A stretch of DNA of 64,000 bases from an uncultured Lentisphaeraceae bacterium (GTDB lineage: Bacteria > Verrucomicrobiota > Kiritimatiellia > RFP12 > UBA1067). Both the position numbers and the translations under genes were made by a program. A model generated the notes under the pieces. The model was not told where the DNA came from and did not search any database. It saw only the letters and a program-made list of their open reading frames with translations. Shown here piece after piece: positions 27,224 through 47,634 of this stretch (positions are counted from its first letter, which is position 1; every line of letters begins with the position of its first letter). Location: positions 11,460 to 75,459 of the forward strand of contig CAYLUN010000020.1 of NCBI GenBank assembly GCA_964386865.1. Reading direction: 5' to 3'.

Positions 27224-29590
27224 TCACGAGCCCCAGTAAGCGGCAGCGTTGGTGGCGAGCTGGCCGCGCTGCATCTGCTCGAGGATGCGCGGCACGTCGA
27301 GCCGGCGCGGGATGCCCGGCAGGTCGGCGCGCTCCCCCCGAGCGCCGGCCGGCGTCCGATCAGCCGCCTCTGGCGCGGACGGCGTGCCGCTCTCGGCTCC
27401 GCCGCCCGCCTCACGCAGCGCGCTGAAACGCCCGCCCAGAACAGCCAGCGCTACGACCAGGGCCAGGCCCGACGTCAGGCGCGCATATCCGCCGCCGCCC
27501 GCGACGCAGAGCGCCACGCCGCACGCCAGAACCGCGAAGCAGCCCACCGCCTGCCACAGCCCCGCCAGCGGCACCAGCACCACGAAGGCCGCTCCCGCCA
27601 GCGCCGCGCCGGCGGCGTCTGCGCACACGTATACCGCCGCGGCCTCGCCCGCGTCTTCCCCGCTCAAGGACAGCGCGACCGGCACGGCCGCCCCCGCCGC
27701 GCACCCGACCGCGAAACAGAGGCTGACCACCCCGGCTGCCGCCGCCGCCTGCTCGGCCGCCAGCGACGCCCCCAAGGCCACAGCCGCCAGCGCCAGTGTG
27801 CACGCGAGCGCCGCGCCGAGCAGCAGGCCTTCGCGCCCGCGCAGCCTGCCGGCGGCGGCCTCGGCCAGCCGGTTGCCGCAGAAAAGCCCCGCCAAATACA
27901 GGCAGCTGCCCGCCCCCGCCAACAGGTAGAGGGCGCCGAACGCCACCTGCAGGCGGTACAGCACCGCCAGCGACGCCGCCAGCCCCAGCGCCCCGCACGC
28001 GGCCACCCACGCGGCCGTCAGCCGGCGCCGCGAGTGCCTTCCCGTCCCCAGCGCCACAGGCGCCATCCACAGCACCACCAGAGCCAGGCCGATCAGCCGA
28101 GCCCCGCCGGCCTCTCGCACCCGCGCGAGCCACGCGGCCGGCGCGGTCTCCGGCGCCGCCTGCCGAACCGCGTCGCAGAGGCCGGACGCGAGCACCTCTT
28201 CCAGGCCCGCCGTCTCAGGCATCAGCACCGGCTCGGCCGGATCCAAGGCCGGGCACGCCTGAGCCAGACGCTTCGCCCGCGCCTCGTCGTAGAGCAGCCG
28301 CACCGCCTCTGGCGGGAACCCCTCGCGCTTCAACAGCGCGAAGCGCAACGCCGCATCCTCCGCGCCGTACGCGAGGCGCGGCACCTGCGCGGCGATCCAC
28401 CAGCCGCCAGCGCCGGAGGCAAACACGCCGCACTCCGGCCACGCCCGCCTCACGCCCCGGACGGTCGCGCCGAGCAGCTCCCCCTTCTCGGGCGTCAGCG
28501 CCGCCGCCTCGCACGCGAGCCCGAACAGCGCCACGCCGGTGCGCCGCGTCACGCGCCGCACGCTCCGCGCGAACGCTTCCTGCCGCCACGCCGCGCCCTC
28601 GAGCGACGTCGCGGGCGGAGGCATCACCAGCACGACGTCGGCCGCGCCCTCAGGAAGCGAGCCCAGAACCGCTTGCGGCGTCGCGCCGGCCGCGCACACG
28701 TTCGTCGGCGCCAGTCCGGCTGCGCGGGCGGCCTCCAGCACGCGCGCGCCATACGACGCATCGCACGGGCACCACGTGATCGCAAGGTCGGGGCGGAACC
28801 GAGCCAGCGCCGCTCCCACCGCGAGCGGCACGCGTCCAAGCAGCAGCGCCTCCTTGGCGTAGGGCCGCTGCGACAGCGCGAGCGCCGCGATCTCGGCCGA
28901 GCGGTCGCCTTCGGGAAGCATCTCGCTCACGCCGCCGGAGCTGAGCGCGTAGAAGGTGCCGCCGTGCGTTCCGTAAAACGTCGTGCCGCCGCCGCTCTCA
29001 AACCGCGCGGGGCGCTCGGCCGCCAGCGGGAAGTAGCGGAGCCACTCCGCCTCGTCGCGCGGGTCGGGCGCGACGCCTCGGACCAGCAGCAGCGTGACGC
29101 ACAAGCCGCCAGCCGCCGCGCCGAGCGCCTCCCACGCAAAGGCCCGGCTCACCGATCCGCCGAGATCCGCCAGCCGCCGGCACACGGCGGGCACAACGAA
29201 GCCGGCCGCGAAGCAGAAGGGCGCATTGGCGAGCAGGCCGCCCAGCGCCAGCTGAAACAGCGGAAAGCGCTCGTACTCGGGCACGCCCAGCCAGCCCCGC
29301 AGGTTCACCAGCAGCGCATACTGCGCGAAGTAGAGCGCGGCGCACGCCAGCACCAGCGCCCACACCGCACGCGCGAGATAGCCCGCCAGCCAGCGGCCCG
29401 GGCGCGTCGCGGCCGCCGCCGCGCCCACGCCCGTCCAGAGCAGCCAGCAGGAGAGAAACAGCGCCACGCCCGTCTCGGCGGCCTCGAAGCGCCAGAGGAA
29501 GCGGCGCAGCAGCAGCGTCTGCGCGGCCATGGCCACCGCGCCGAACGCCGTCGCGGCGGCCAGCGCCGAAAACGTATTGAAACGCCTCAT
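27224..29590 (-). CDS. fused MFS-like / spermidine-synthase-like polytopic membrane protein (tentative)
   Basis: The start is the ATG at 29590 (MRRFNTFSALAAATAFGAVAMAAQTLLLRRF), with the RBS 'aggtga'. It has multiple N-terminal TM helices, a central soluble region (VVLVMPPPATSLEGAAW) and more TM helices at the C-terminus. The 217 Gly/Arg-rich codons upstream in the listed ORF are treated as a spurious extension. Confidence 0.55.
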   Translation of the reverse strand: MRRFNTFSALAAATAFGAVAMAAQTLLLRRFLWRFEAAETGVALFLSCWLLWTGVGAAAAATRPGRWLAGYLARAVWALVLACAALYFAQYALLVNLRGWLGVPEYERFPLFQLALGGLLANAPFCFAAGFVVPAVCRRLADLGGSVSRAFAWEALGAAAGGLCVTLLLVRGVAPDPRDEAEWLRYFPLAAERPARFESGGGTTFYGTHGGTFYALSSGGVSEMLPEGDRSAEIAALALSQRPYAKEALLLGRVPLAVGAALARFRPDLAITWCPCDASYGARVLEAARAAGLAPTNVCAAGATPQAVLGSLPEGAADVVLVMPPPATSLEGAAWRQEAFARSVRRVTRRTGVALFGLACEAAALTPEKGELLGATVRGVRRAWPECGVFASGAGGWWIAAQVPRLAYGAEDAALRFALLKREGFPPEAVRLLYDEARAKRLAQACPALDPAEPVLMPETAGLEEVLASGLCDAVRQAAPETAPAAWLARVREAGGARLIGLALVVLWMAPVALGTGRHSRRRLTAAWVAACGALGLAASLAVLYRLQVAFGALYLLAGAGSCLYLAGLFCGNRLAEAAAGRLRGREGLLLGAALACTLALAAVALGASLAAEQAAAAAGVVSLCFAVGCAAGAAVPVALSLSGEDAGEAAAVYVCADAAGAALAGAAFVVLVPLAGLWQAVGCFAVLACGVALCVAGGGGYARLTSGLALVVALAVLGGRFSALREAGGGAESGTPSAPEAADRTPAGARGERADLPGIPRRLDVPRILEQMQRGQLATNAAAYWGS

Positions 29591-29598
29591 CGCTTCAC

Positions 29599-31815
29599 CT
29601 ACTGACCGCGTGGTCCGTTGGCCGGCGCCGGCTGGCCGGCGGCGCGCCGGTAGTACTCCAGGGTCTCGGCATAGCGCGTGTTGGCGGGCTCGGCCGCCAG
29701 CGCGGCGCGGCAGAGCTCGGCCGCCTCGGCCGGGTTCTGCGCCCCCACGAGCACCGCGCAGTTGTAGGCCGCCTGCGCGCGGCAGAGCGGGTCCTTCATC
29801 GCGGTGCGCAGGTGCTTGACCGCCCCCGCCGCGTCGCCCGCCTCGGCCAGCGCCAGCCCGAGGTTGAGGTTGACCGCGCCGTGTTCCGGCGAGGCCTGCC
29901 ACGCGGCCCGCAGGTAGCCGAGCGCCTCCTGCAAGCCGCCCTGCTGCGAGGCGAGCACCGCCGCGTTCACGTGCGGCATCACGGAGTCGGGGCGCAGCCG
30001 CATCGAGACCTGATAGGCGCCCATCGCGCCTTTGGCGTCGCCCTGCGACAGCCGGTAGTTGCCCAGGTTGTAGTGGCTGGCCCAGTCGTCCGGTCGCGCC
30101 CCGTACATCGCCAACAGCTCGGCCTCCGCGCGCTTCAGCAGCTCCTGCGTCGCGGCGTCCAGCGAGCGGCGCGGGTAGGCCGCCAGCGACTGCACGGCCT
30201 GCACCCTGACCACGCGCACGGGATCGGCGAGCGCCCGGCACAGCGCGCCCGCCGTCGCGGCGTCACGCAGGTTGTCGGCGAGCGCGGCGGCGGCCGCGCC
30301 GCGCACCAGCGGCGAGGGGTGCGCGAGGCAGCCCCGCACGACCGGCCACGCGCTCGCATCCGGGCACCCGCGCAGCAGGCGCAGCAGGGACGCGCACACG
30401 ACCTGCTCGGCGTTCGTCTCCTGCACGTACGCAAGGAGCGCAGGCAGCTTCTGCCACTCCCGCTTGCGCGCCGCGTCCACGAGCTCGCCCTCGCGCAGGA
30501 TCTTGGGCCGCCACGTGCTCTTCGGGTGCCACGCCTTCACGAACGAGGCCGCCCACTCCTCTTTCTTGTCCGTGTGGCAAAGCACGCAGGCCGAGGTCGA
30601 GCCGAAGCGAATCGCCGCCTCGGGGCAGGGCGGGCGCTGCGAATGGTCGCTGCGCCGCATGGCCGCGAACTGGGTGGTCGGCATGTGGCAGGAGACGCAG
30701 CGGCCGGTCGCGCCCTCGGCCGGGTGGCGCGTGTGGGCCACGAGGCGCTTGGCCTTGTCCGCGTGGCACGACGAGCAGGCCGCGTTCACGTCGTTCGTGC
30801 GGTCCGCCGCAAAGCGGTATCGCCCGCTGGAAGTGTGGCAGTGCACGCAGTCCAGCTTGCCCTTCTCCGCACACGGGTTCATCAGCCAGAGCGTGTAGGT
30901 GTAGTTCTCGCCCAGGTCGCGGCCGTCCGGGCTGAAGTCGCGATCCTCCAAGCCGACCAGATCGTAGTGGTCGAAGAACGTCTCGCCCGGCACGTACTCG
31001 GGGGTGAGCGGGTGCATCTTGGCGTGGCAGGGCGCGCAGGCGCTGTTGACCTGATCGTGCGTGAAGGTGCGCCAACTCAGCAGGCCGAGCTCGTTGGGCT
31101 TCTCGCCGGGGCCCAGCTTGCGGCAGGCCCGGTTGTGCTTTTCGGACGGGCCGTGGCACGACTCGCAGCTGATTCCCGGCTCGCGCCAGACGGTCTTGTA
31201 GGAGTCTGTCGCCGGGTCGTAGTTCTTGGCGAGCTGGCTGACGTGGCAGCTGAAGCAGGCCGTGTTAAAGGTCAGCATCGGGTCGCGCCAGTCCAGCGCC
31301 TCGTCGCGCGTCTCCGCGAAGTGGCGGAGCATGCTGCCGGTGGTGTCGAACCACCTGGCGTCCTTGGCGTTGTAGGCCAGCGGCAGGACCTGCAGCTTGC
31401 CTTTTTCAAGCAGCGTCAGAAAGTAGAAGACGTTCTTGCCGCCCAGCACGTGCAGGATGGCGTGGCGAAGGGTCTTCCCGTCCGCGCGCTCCTCAATGAG
31501 CTGGCGCCGCTCGAGGTTCACGCTGTAGCGGCGGTCGCCGATGGCGATCGGCTGCTCCAGCGGCGTCAGCGAAGTCTGCACGAACTCCGGCGTGAAGGGC
31601 TGCATGGCCTTGCCGTGGTGCGACGGCGCCCACTTCTGGTAAAACGACTCGTGACACTCGCGACACGACGCCGAGCCCGCGTAGTCGTCGCGCCCCGTCA
31701 CGCTGCGCGTCAGCCACTCGGCCGCAGCGGGGTTCAGGCGGAGGAACAGCGCGACCGCAGCGGCCGCAGCGCTGGCGGCCGCCACACCTGTGATCGCCTT
31801 CATTGCCGTTCGCAT
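29599..31815 (-). CDS. octaheme c-type cytochrome fused to HEAT/TPR repeat domains
   Basis: The signal peptide is MRTAMKAITGVAAASAAAAAVALF. There are eight CxxCH motifs (CRECH, CFSCH, CESCH, CAPCH, CVHCH, CSSCH, CVSCH, CVLCH). The C-terminal 300 aa are helical repeats. The stop lies 8 bp from the downstream membrane-protein start. Confidence 0.8.
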   Translation of the reverse strand: MRTAMKAITGVAAASAAAAAVALFLRLNPAAAEWLTRSVTGRDDYAGSASCRECHESFYQKWAPSHHGKAMQPFTPEFVQTSLTPLEQPIAIGDRRYSVNLERRQLIEERADGKTLRHAILHVLGGKNVFYFLTLLEKGKLQVLPLAYNAKDARWFDTTGSMLRHFAETRDEALDWRDPMLTFNTACFSCHVSQLAKNYDPATDSYKTVWREPGISCESCHGPSEKHNRACRKLGPGEKPNELGLLSWRTFTHDQVNSACAPCHAKMHPLTPEYVPGETFFDHYDLVGLEDRDFSPDGRDLGENYTYTLWLMNPCAEKGKLDCVHCHTSSGRYRFAADRTNDVNAACSSCHADKAKRLVAHTRHPAEGATGRCVSCHMPTTQFAAMRRSDHSQRPPCPEAAIRFGSTSACVLCHTDKKEEWAASFVKAWHPKSTWRPKILREGELVDAARKREWQKLPALLAYVQETNAEQVVCASLLRLLRGCPDASAWPVVRGCLAHPSPLVRGAAAAALADNLRDAATAGALCRALADPVRVVRVQAVQSLAAYPRRSLDAATQELLKRAEAELLAMYGARPDDWASHYNLGNYRLSQGDAKGAMGAYQVSMRLRPDSVMPHVNAAVLASQQGGLQEALGYLRAAWQASPEHGAVNLNLGLALAEAGDAAGAVKHLRTAMKDPLCRAQAAYNCAVLVGAQNPAEAAELCRAALAAEPANTRYAETLEYYRRAAGQPAPANGPRGQ

Positions 31816-31892
31816 CTCTCCCACGTCTCCCTTGCGATTCAGCCGCACCAAGCCGGCCTCGACTCACAGGATAGAGGGATTGAGGGGCCGCG

Positions 31893-32681
31893 TCAAGCGA
31901 AGGCCGGCAGCCGCCCGTCCGCGAGCGCGGCACAGTGGAAGGCCCGGTCGAACGCCGTCCGCGAGCGGGCGTCGACCACATCCAGAAAACGCCGGAAGAC
32001 CTCATGCCCGCAGCCGGTCTCCATGCACGACGCGAAAACGTCCTTCACGTCCAAACCGCGCTCCGCCAGGTCGTCCTTGCAGCGCAACACGTACGCCTTC
32101 AGGATGCGGCTGTCGAACTCGGGGTGGAACTGAACGCCCCAGGCGCACTGGTTGAGCGAGAACGCGGCGCACGGCTCCTTGCGCGTGGAGGCCAGCGGCA
32201 CGGCGCCCTTCGGGAGGTCCAGCACAGACTGCTGGTGGCACATGTGGACTTTGAAGGGTCCCTGAAACTCGCCCAGCAGCGCGTCCTGCGTGCCGAAGGC
32301 GTTGGGCGTGACGATCACCGTGCCGTACTCGGGCCCGTTGGGGTTGTTGCCCACCCTGCCTCCGAAAGCGTGCGCCAGCAGCTGGTGTCCGTAGCAGATG
32401 CCCAGCGTCGGGATCTCCAGCTTGACTGCGTACCTCAGCCACTCCGCCGTGCGCTCGCTCCACACGGGACGATCCGTGACCATGTCGTGCGACCCCGTGA
32501 CGACGATCCCAGCGTAGTCCGTCGGGGCGGGCAGTTCCTCTCCCGCAGCCACCTCTGCCACATCCGCGTAAACCGCGCGGTCACGTCCGAAGCCACGCAT
32601 CACCCATGCGTCGAAATCGCCCTTGATCGCCCGCAGCGTGGGAAACGTCGTTCCCGTTTTGACAATGAGGATTTTTCTCAT
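31893..32681 (-). CDS. class-I glutamine amidotransferase (GATase1-like) protein
   Basis: It has the catalytic GICYGHQLL and the histidine-containing HPEF. The start is the ATG at 32681, with the RBS 'ggagg'. Confidence 0.8.
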   Translation of the reverse strand: MRKILIVKTGTTFPTLRAIKGDFDAWVMRGFGRDRAVYADVAEVAAGEELPAPTDYAGIVVTGSHDMVTDRPVWSERTAEWLRYAVKLEIPTLGICYGHQLLAHAFGGRVGNNPNGPEYGTVIVTPNAFGTQDALLGEFQGPFKVHMCHQQSVLDLPKGAVPLASTRKEPCAAFSLNQCAWGVQFHPEFDSRILKAYVLRCKDDLAERGLDVKDVFASCMETGCGHEVFRRFLDVVDARSRTAFDRAFHCAALADGRLPAFA

Positions 32682-32978
32682 GCGGCCTCCGGTGTCGTCG
32701 GGGTATCCATTAGCACAAGCGGTGCCACTTGACAAAACACGCGAAAAGCCCGGGAGAATACGTGGAACCGCTCGCTTGGACGCGGCGACAGCAGCGCGCC
32801 CGTCACAAAAATGTCCACGGCCGACCAGCCGGCGACATTATTGTTTTTTCGTCCGCTGGGCAAAGCGTTTGTAGCCCGGGCTTCAGGACGTTCCACGCCC
32901 AGAGGGCCTCCGAGCTACTCGACACGCAGACACCGCTGTGATAACCTAAAGTCTACGGTTGTGGAAGGTTTTGTGTAA

Positions 32979-43128
<10,150 letters not shown>

Positions 43129-43132
<4 letters not shown>

Positions 43133-44232
43133 GGCCCCTCCAGCGCGCGGAACGCCTCGCGGTAATACGGCTCGTACGCGAAGTGGGCGATGAAGCGCTC
43201 GATGCCCTTCTGGTAACGGGGATAGTCGGCGCGGATGCGCTCGATCGCCGAACCCAGCTCGCCGGCGTTGTCAATCACCTCGCCGCTGCTGAACCGCTCC
43301 ACGTACGGCACGATGTCCGAGATGCGCGTCATGAGCACGGGCAGGCGCATCTCCGCGTAGGCCTTCACCTTGCCGGGGTCTGCGTAGTGCGTGAAGTTCG
43401 CGCCCGCCGTGTCGTAGAGCGCCAGCCCCACGTGACACGTCGCCGCCACCTCCAGAAGCTCCGGCTCCGAGTAGAAGCGGTTCGGGAAGAAGACCTGCCC
43501 GTCCAAGCCGAGGCGCGCCAGCAGCGACTGAAGCTGCGCGAAGTAGTCCGGCTGACACACCCCGATGACCTTGAGCCGGTAATTCCGGTGGGCGCTCAGA
43601 AACTCAAAGAGGACCTCCAGACCCTGCCCCGGCCGGATCAGGCCGACAAACAGCAAGGTGAAAGGCTCCAGGGGCGGAGGCGGCGCCGCCGGGAAGGGCT
43701 CCAGCCCCCACATGACCGTCCGCCGGCTCGGAGTGTCGGCGACCGCCCCGCCGTTCATGACCCGGTTGATCGCGTCAGTCAGGTAGAAGGCGAAATCGAC
43801 CCGGTCGTGATACCATTTCTTCAGCCGCTCGAACAGCCGGACGGACAGCTTGTGCGACGGGAAGTAGTCGCCGATCCAATACGAGAAGCGGAGCGGGCGC
43901 AACAGGCGGAAGAGCCCCATGCCGAAATACACGATCGGATGCCCTCCGAACACGACGGTCGTTTCGTTCCGGGGGCAGAAGCGCAGCAGAAAGCGGACGT
44001 GGTTCGCGTACCAGAGCAGGTAGTACAGGAGCAGGTTCTGGGAGGACCGCACCGGGCGCTCCTCGAGCAGAGCCCCGTTGCGGTAACGCCGCAGCAGGTT
44101 CTGGTGCGCCCCGACGCGCGGCTGCACGATGAACACGGACAGCTCCGCCGTGTGCGCGGCGAGATAGGCCTCGCTGTGGCCGCTGAACTGCAGGCTGCCG
44201 TACGCGAAGATCCGTCTGTATCGAACACTCAC
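43129..44232 (-). CDS. GT-B-fold glycosyltransferase (group-1/GT4-like)
   Basis: The C-terminal half resembles the Glycos_transf_1 family. The start is uncertain; the GTG at 44232 was chosen to avoid overlap with the upstream gene. A 4-bp overlap links it to the downstream GT2. Confidence 0.6.
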
Positions 44233-44263
44233 CCGTGAGCCCTCTTCTGTTGGACGCGCACGC

Positions 44264-45181
44264 TCATACGCATCGGCGCCCCACGAACGACGGCGCAGAC
44301 ACCCACTCCGGCTTGACCGTGGTCGGGCTCGTTTTCGCCGTCGGGAACCAGGTGTCGGGGTAGACGGTCGTGCCGCCCGCGTCGCGCCCGAGATAGGCGC
44401 CCCACCACGAGAACGTGCTGTTGGCAATAATATGATGTTTGCACGCGGCCATCAAGCGCAAGTCTTCCCACGGCGCGTCGCCGTTGCCTTCCACGAAGAC
44501 GGCGTCCGCCAGCTCCGCGAGCGACGCCCGGCACCACGGGATGTCGTCGGAGAAAACCACCCACAGCGGATTCGGCTCCACGCGCCGGATCGCCTGCATC
44601 GCGTGCCGGTAGTAGTCGACGTCCAGCACGATGGTCCCGTTGGCGACGCCCAGGTAGTCGCTCCGCCGGATGTGCACGGAGACCGACGGCGCGTCGCTGA
44701 CCTGTCGCAGAATGTCCAGGTTGCGACCGACCGGCGCGTCGACGAGCTGCAGCTCGCGCCGCAGGGCCTCTTCGCTCGCCAGGTACGGCAGATGCCCGTA
44801 AACGCCGATGAGGTAGAGGCTCTCCGTGGCGCGCGCGAGACCCTCGTCAACGAACGCCTCGTCGTATTCCAGGATCCGCTCCGACTGCACCACGCGGACA
44901 TTCATCAGGCGCAGCAGGGCTGGGAAGACCGCGGCGCAGACGCGCTTGTTGACGACCCACGCGGCCAGAAACAGGGCCGTCCGAAAGAGGTTCCAGCGGC
45001 GCGTGCGAGACGGCCCGACGAAGTGCCCCAACTGGTACTTCCGCCCGCCATAGAAGATCAGAAAGTCCGTAAGGTCGAGCCGGACCGCGCGCCCCGTCCG
45101 CTCGGCGATGCCTCGCGCAACCGCATAGCTAAACAGCTGGTTGCCTAAGCCGCCAGTGATGCGTGCGACCACGTCCTTCAT
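44264..45181 (-). CDS. GT11-family alpha-1,2-fucosyltransferase
   Basis: It has the N-terminal GGLGNQLFSYAV and the C-terminal IANSTFSWWGAYL, the GT11 motifs I and IV. The ATG at 45181 follows 'ggggg..aagg'. The upstream 145 codons of the listed ORF are rejected. Confidence 0.8.
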   Translation of the reverse strand: MKDVVARITGGLGNQLFSYAVARGIAERTGRAVRLDLTDFLIFYGGRKYQLGHFVGPSRTRRWNLFRTALFLAAWVVNKRVCAAVFPALLRLMNVRVVQSERILEYDEAFVDEGLARATESLYLIGVYGHLPYLASEEALRRELQLVDAPVGRNLDILRQVSDAPSVSVHIRRSDYLGVANGTIVLDVDYYRHAMQAIRRVEPNPLWVVFSDDIPWCRASLAELADAVFVEGNGDAPWEDLRLMAACKHHIIANSTFSWWGAYLGRDAGGTTVYPDTWFPTAKTSPTTVKPEWVSAPSFVGRRCV

Positions 45182-46059
45182 GCCTTCGCCCCCCTGCGCG
45201 TGTCCCGCGCGCCCAGCGGCCCCCGATAGCCTCCGTCCGCCAGCGCCTTCTCGTCGGGGACCTTTCCCTCGCGCAAAAGGCGTCCGAAGGCAATCGGCCC
45301 GTGAAAGCCAAACGGCCGCGCGTCGAGCGCCTCGTGCAGCGCGACGTTGTCCTCCAGCGAGAAGGTGGCGGCGGCCTCGGCAGATGCGATCCGGATCGTC
45401 TCGCGGTAGCGCCGCTCGAACGACGGCAAGGTCTTGCAGATAAAGTAGTCGTCCGTCACCAAATAGCAGTGCGGCAGAAACCGGTACTTGCGCAGGAAGT
45501 AGTCCGCGATCGTCTCGCAGAGCCGCCTGGAGCGCAGCGCGAAGGCGCTGTTCCCCACATCCGAGCGGTGCCGCAGGAGGAAGCGCGTGATCCAGTCGTC
45601 CTTGCCGAACACCCACGGCGCGCCGATGAAGTCGTACGTGCCCACGAACTCGTCCAGGCCCGGGCGCAGCGGAAACGCGTGATGCTGGAACGACAGGACG
45701 TAGCCCGTGCTGAAGCGGCCTTTCAGGTTGACGATGCCGTCCCGGTTCAGGTCTTTCATGTTGCCGCCGCCGCCGCGCAGCTGAGGCTCAACCTGCAGCC
45801 TGATCCCCCACTCGTCGGCCATGGCTCTCAGCTTCGGCGTGACCCGGTTGACTTGCAGAACCACCGGCAGCCGCCCGCACGCCCACCACGCCATCAAGAT
45901 GGCCGCGAGCAGGTTGTCCAGCAGCGCGTCGAAGCGCTCGTCCCGCCACAGCCACGGGGTCAGCATCGTCACGTCATCGGAGCAGGGCGAGGCGAATGGA
46001 AACGCCTTGAGGAGCGGCAGGTGCCGCCCTTGCCACGCCAGAACTGGATCAGCTTCCAT
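45178..46059 (-). CDS. hypothetical protein, possibly glycan-modifying
   Basis: The 293-aa ORF is protein-like and translationally coupled on both sides (ATGA overlaps). No family is recognised. Confidence 0.55.
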   Translation of the reverse strand: MEADPVLAWQGRHLPLLKAFPFASPCSDDVTMLTPWLWRDERFDALLDNLLAAILMAWWACGRLPVVLQVNRVTPKLRAMADEWGIRLQVEPQLRGGGGNMKDLNRDGIVNLKGRFSTGYVLSFQHHAFPLRPGLDEFVGTYDFIGAPWVFGKDDWITRFLLRHRSDVGNSAFALRSRRLCETIADYFLRKYRFLPHCYLVTDDYFICKTLPSFERRYRETIRIASAEAAATFSLEDNVALHEALDARPFGFHGPIAFGRLLREGKVPDEKALADGGYRGPLGARDTRRGAKA

Positions 46060-46070
46060 TGCGGTCTCCC

Positions 46071-46607
46071 TCAGAACGGCGTCACATAATCGGCGAATCC
46101 GGGATGCGCCAAGTCACGGTCGGACAGGATCGGGCTCTGGATCGGCCAGCGATAGCCGAAGCTGTCGTAGCGGATCCCGGCGTCGTGCTCGGGCGCGTAT
46201 TCGCTGGTCACCATGTAGTACGCGATCGCGGTGTCGCTCAGCGTGCCGAAGCCGTGGGCGAACCCTCGCGCAATATAGATCGAGCGGCGGTTCTCGCGCG
46301 ATAGCTCGATCTCGACGTGCTTCCCGTAGGTCGGCGACGAGCGGCGGATGTCGAGGATCACATCGATGATCGTCCCCTGGATGACCGTTACCAGCTTGGC
46401 GTGGTCGTGCGGCGGCGTCTGAAAATGCATGCCGCGGATCACGTCCTCGTGCGACTTGGTGTAGTAGTTCTCGCAGAAATCGCACTCCAGCGAGCGCGCG
46501 GTGAAAAAGCTCCGGAGAAAGGTCTTGACGAACGCGCCGCGCTTGTCTTTGTGGACGTCCTGCTCGATGATGTAAACGCCTTGCAGCTCTGTCGGTATGA
46601 CTTTCAT
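46071..46607 (-). CDS. rfbC: dTDP-4-dehydrorhamnose 3,5-epimerase-like cupin
   Basis: The full-length match to the RmlC family includes GMHFQ, KLVTVIQGTIIDVILDIR and YIARGFAHGF. Confidence 0.85.
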   Translation of the reverse strand: MKVIPTELQGVYIIEQDVHKDKRGAFVKTFLRSFFTARSLECDFCENYYTKSHEDVIRGMHFQTPPHDHAKLVTVIQGTIIDVILDIRRSSPTYGKHVEIELSRENRRSIYIARGFAHGFGTLSDTAIAYYMVTSEYAPEHDAGIRYDSFGYRWPIQSPILSDRDLAHPGFADYVTPF

Positions 46608-46635
46608 GGGCGGGCCCTCTTGAAATTGCGTTTCC

Positions 46636-47634
46636 TCACTTCACGATCAGCAGCAGTCGCTTGATCCAGACGCCGGCCCGGAACGGGACCTGCAACGCCC
46701 ATCCCGGCAGGCGCAGCAGGAGCAGGTTCAGCCAGTAGAGCGGGTCGCGCCGGTCGGCCAGCAGGCCGAGCCGCTCGCGCAGCAGCGGCGCGTTCAGACG
46801 CCCCCCCGCCACCTTCAAGCTCATGATGTTGAGCGCGATCGAGCGCATCGCCTGCTGGTGCAGGATGCGGTGCAGGTCGGACGGATAGCTAGCCTTCACG
46901 CCCTGACATCCGACGAGCAGGTTCAGATGGAATGTGAACGGATACAGTTCGTCGTGCCACCGGTTGCCACCTTTGTTCTCCATGCGGTAGCGGATGGTCG
47001 GCACATACGAGGCGTACGCCGCGTGGCTGAGCAGGATCCGCAGCGTCGTCAGCGTATGCACGCAGATCGACTCAAAGAAGTCCTCCGGAGCCGCAGCGAT
47101 CCAAGCCTCGCGCCGGATCACGTATCCGGAGACCAGAAACGGCGGAAACACGCGCGCCTTGCGCACGTACTCCAGCCCCGGCCTATAGAGCGTGCCGCCG
47201 GCCTGACGCTTGTGCCCCAGCACGTTCTCGAGCGGAACGCGCAGCTCCGAGTCGTAGTTCCGCTCGGACAGGAACACGGCCCCGAGTTCGCCGCTCTGGT
47301 CGAGGATTTCGCCCAGCGTCTCCAGCGCGCCGTCCTCGAGTCCGTCGTCGTCGCCGAGGATCAGCACGTACTCGCCGCGCGCGTGGCGGATCACGGCGTC
47401 GACGTTGCGCGAAAAGCCCAGATTGCTGGCGTTGCAGTGGTACGCGACCACGCCCGGGAACTGCGCCGCGTAGCCGGCCACAGCCGCCCGCGTCCCGTCG
47501 GTCGACGCGTTGTCGGAAACGAGTATCTCCAGCTCGCCCTTCAGCCGGCCGCCACGCTGCGCCAGGGCCGACTCGATGGCGACGCGCAAGTCCGCCTCGC
47601 GGTTGTAGGTGGGTATCCCGACCGTCAGTCTCAT
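46636..47634 (-). CDS. GT2-family glycosyltransferase
   Basis: It has MRLTVGIPTYNREADL...LVSDNASTDGT and a DDD motif (ILGDDDGLED). Confidence 0.8.
   Translation of the reverse strand: MRLTVGIPTYNREADLRVAIESALAQRGGRLKGELEILVSDNASTDGTRAAVAGYAAQFPGVVAYHCNASNLGFSRNVDAVIRHARGEYVLILGDDDGLEDGALETLGEILDQSGELGAVFLSERNYDSELRVPLENVLGHKRQAGGTLYRPGLEYVRKARVFPPFLVSGYVIRREAWIAAAPEDFFESICVHTLTTLRILLSHAAYASYVPTIRYRMENKGGNRWHDELYPFTFHLNLLVGCQGVKASYPSDLHRILHQQAMRSIALNIMSLKVAGGRLNAPLLRERLGLLADRRDPLYWLNLLLLRLPGWALQVPFRAGVWIKRLLLIVK

Noticed and set aside
27224-30241. A 217-codon N-terminal extension of the membrane protein ORF (start listed at 30241).
   Set aside because: The extension is Gly/Arg/Ala low-complexity and overlaps the cytochrome c gene. 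A good ATG with an RBS sits at 29590, directly before the first TM helix.
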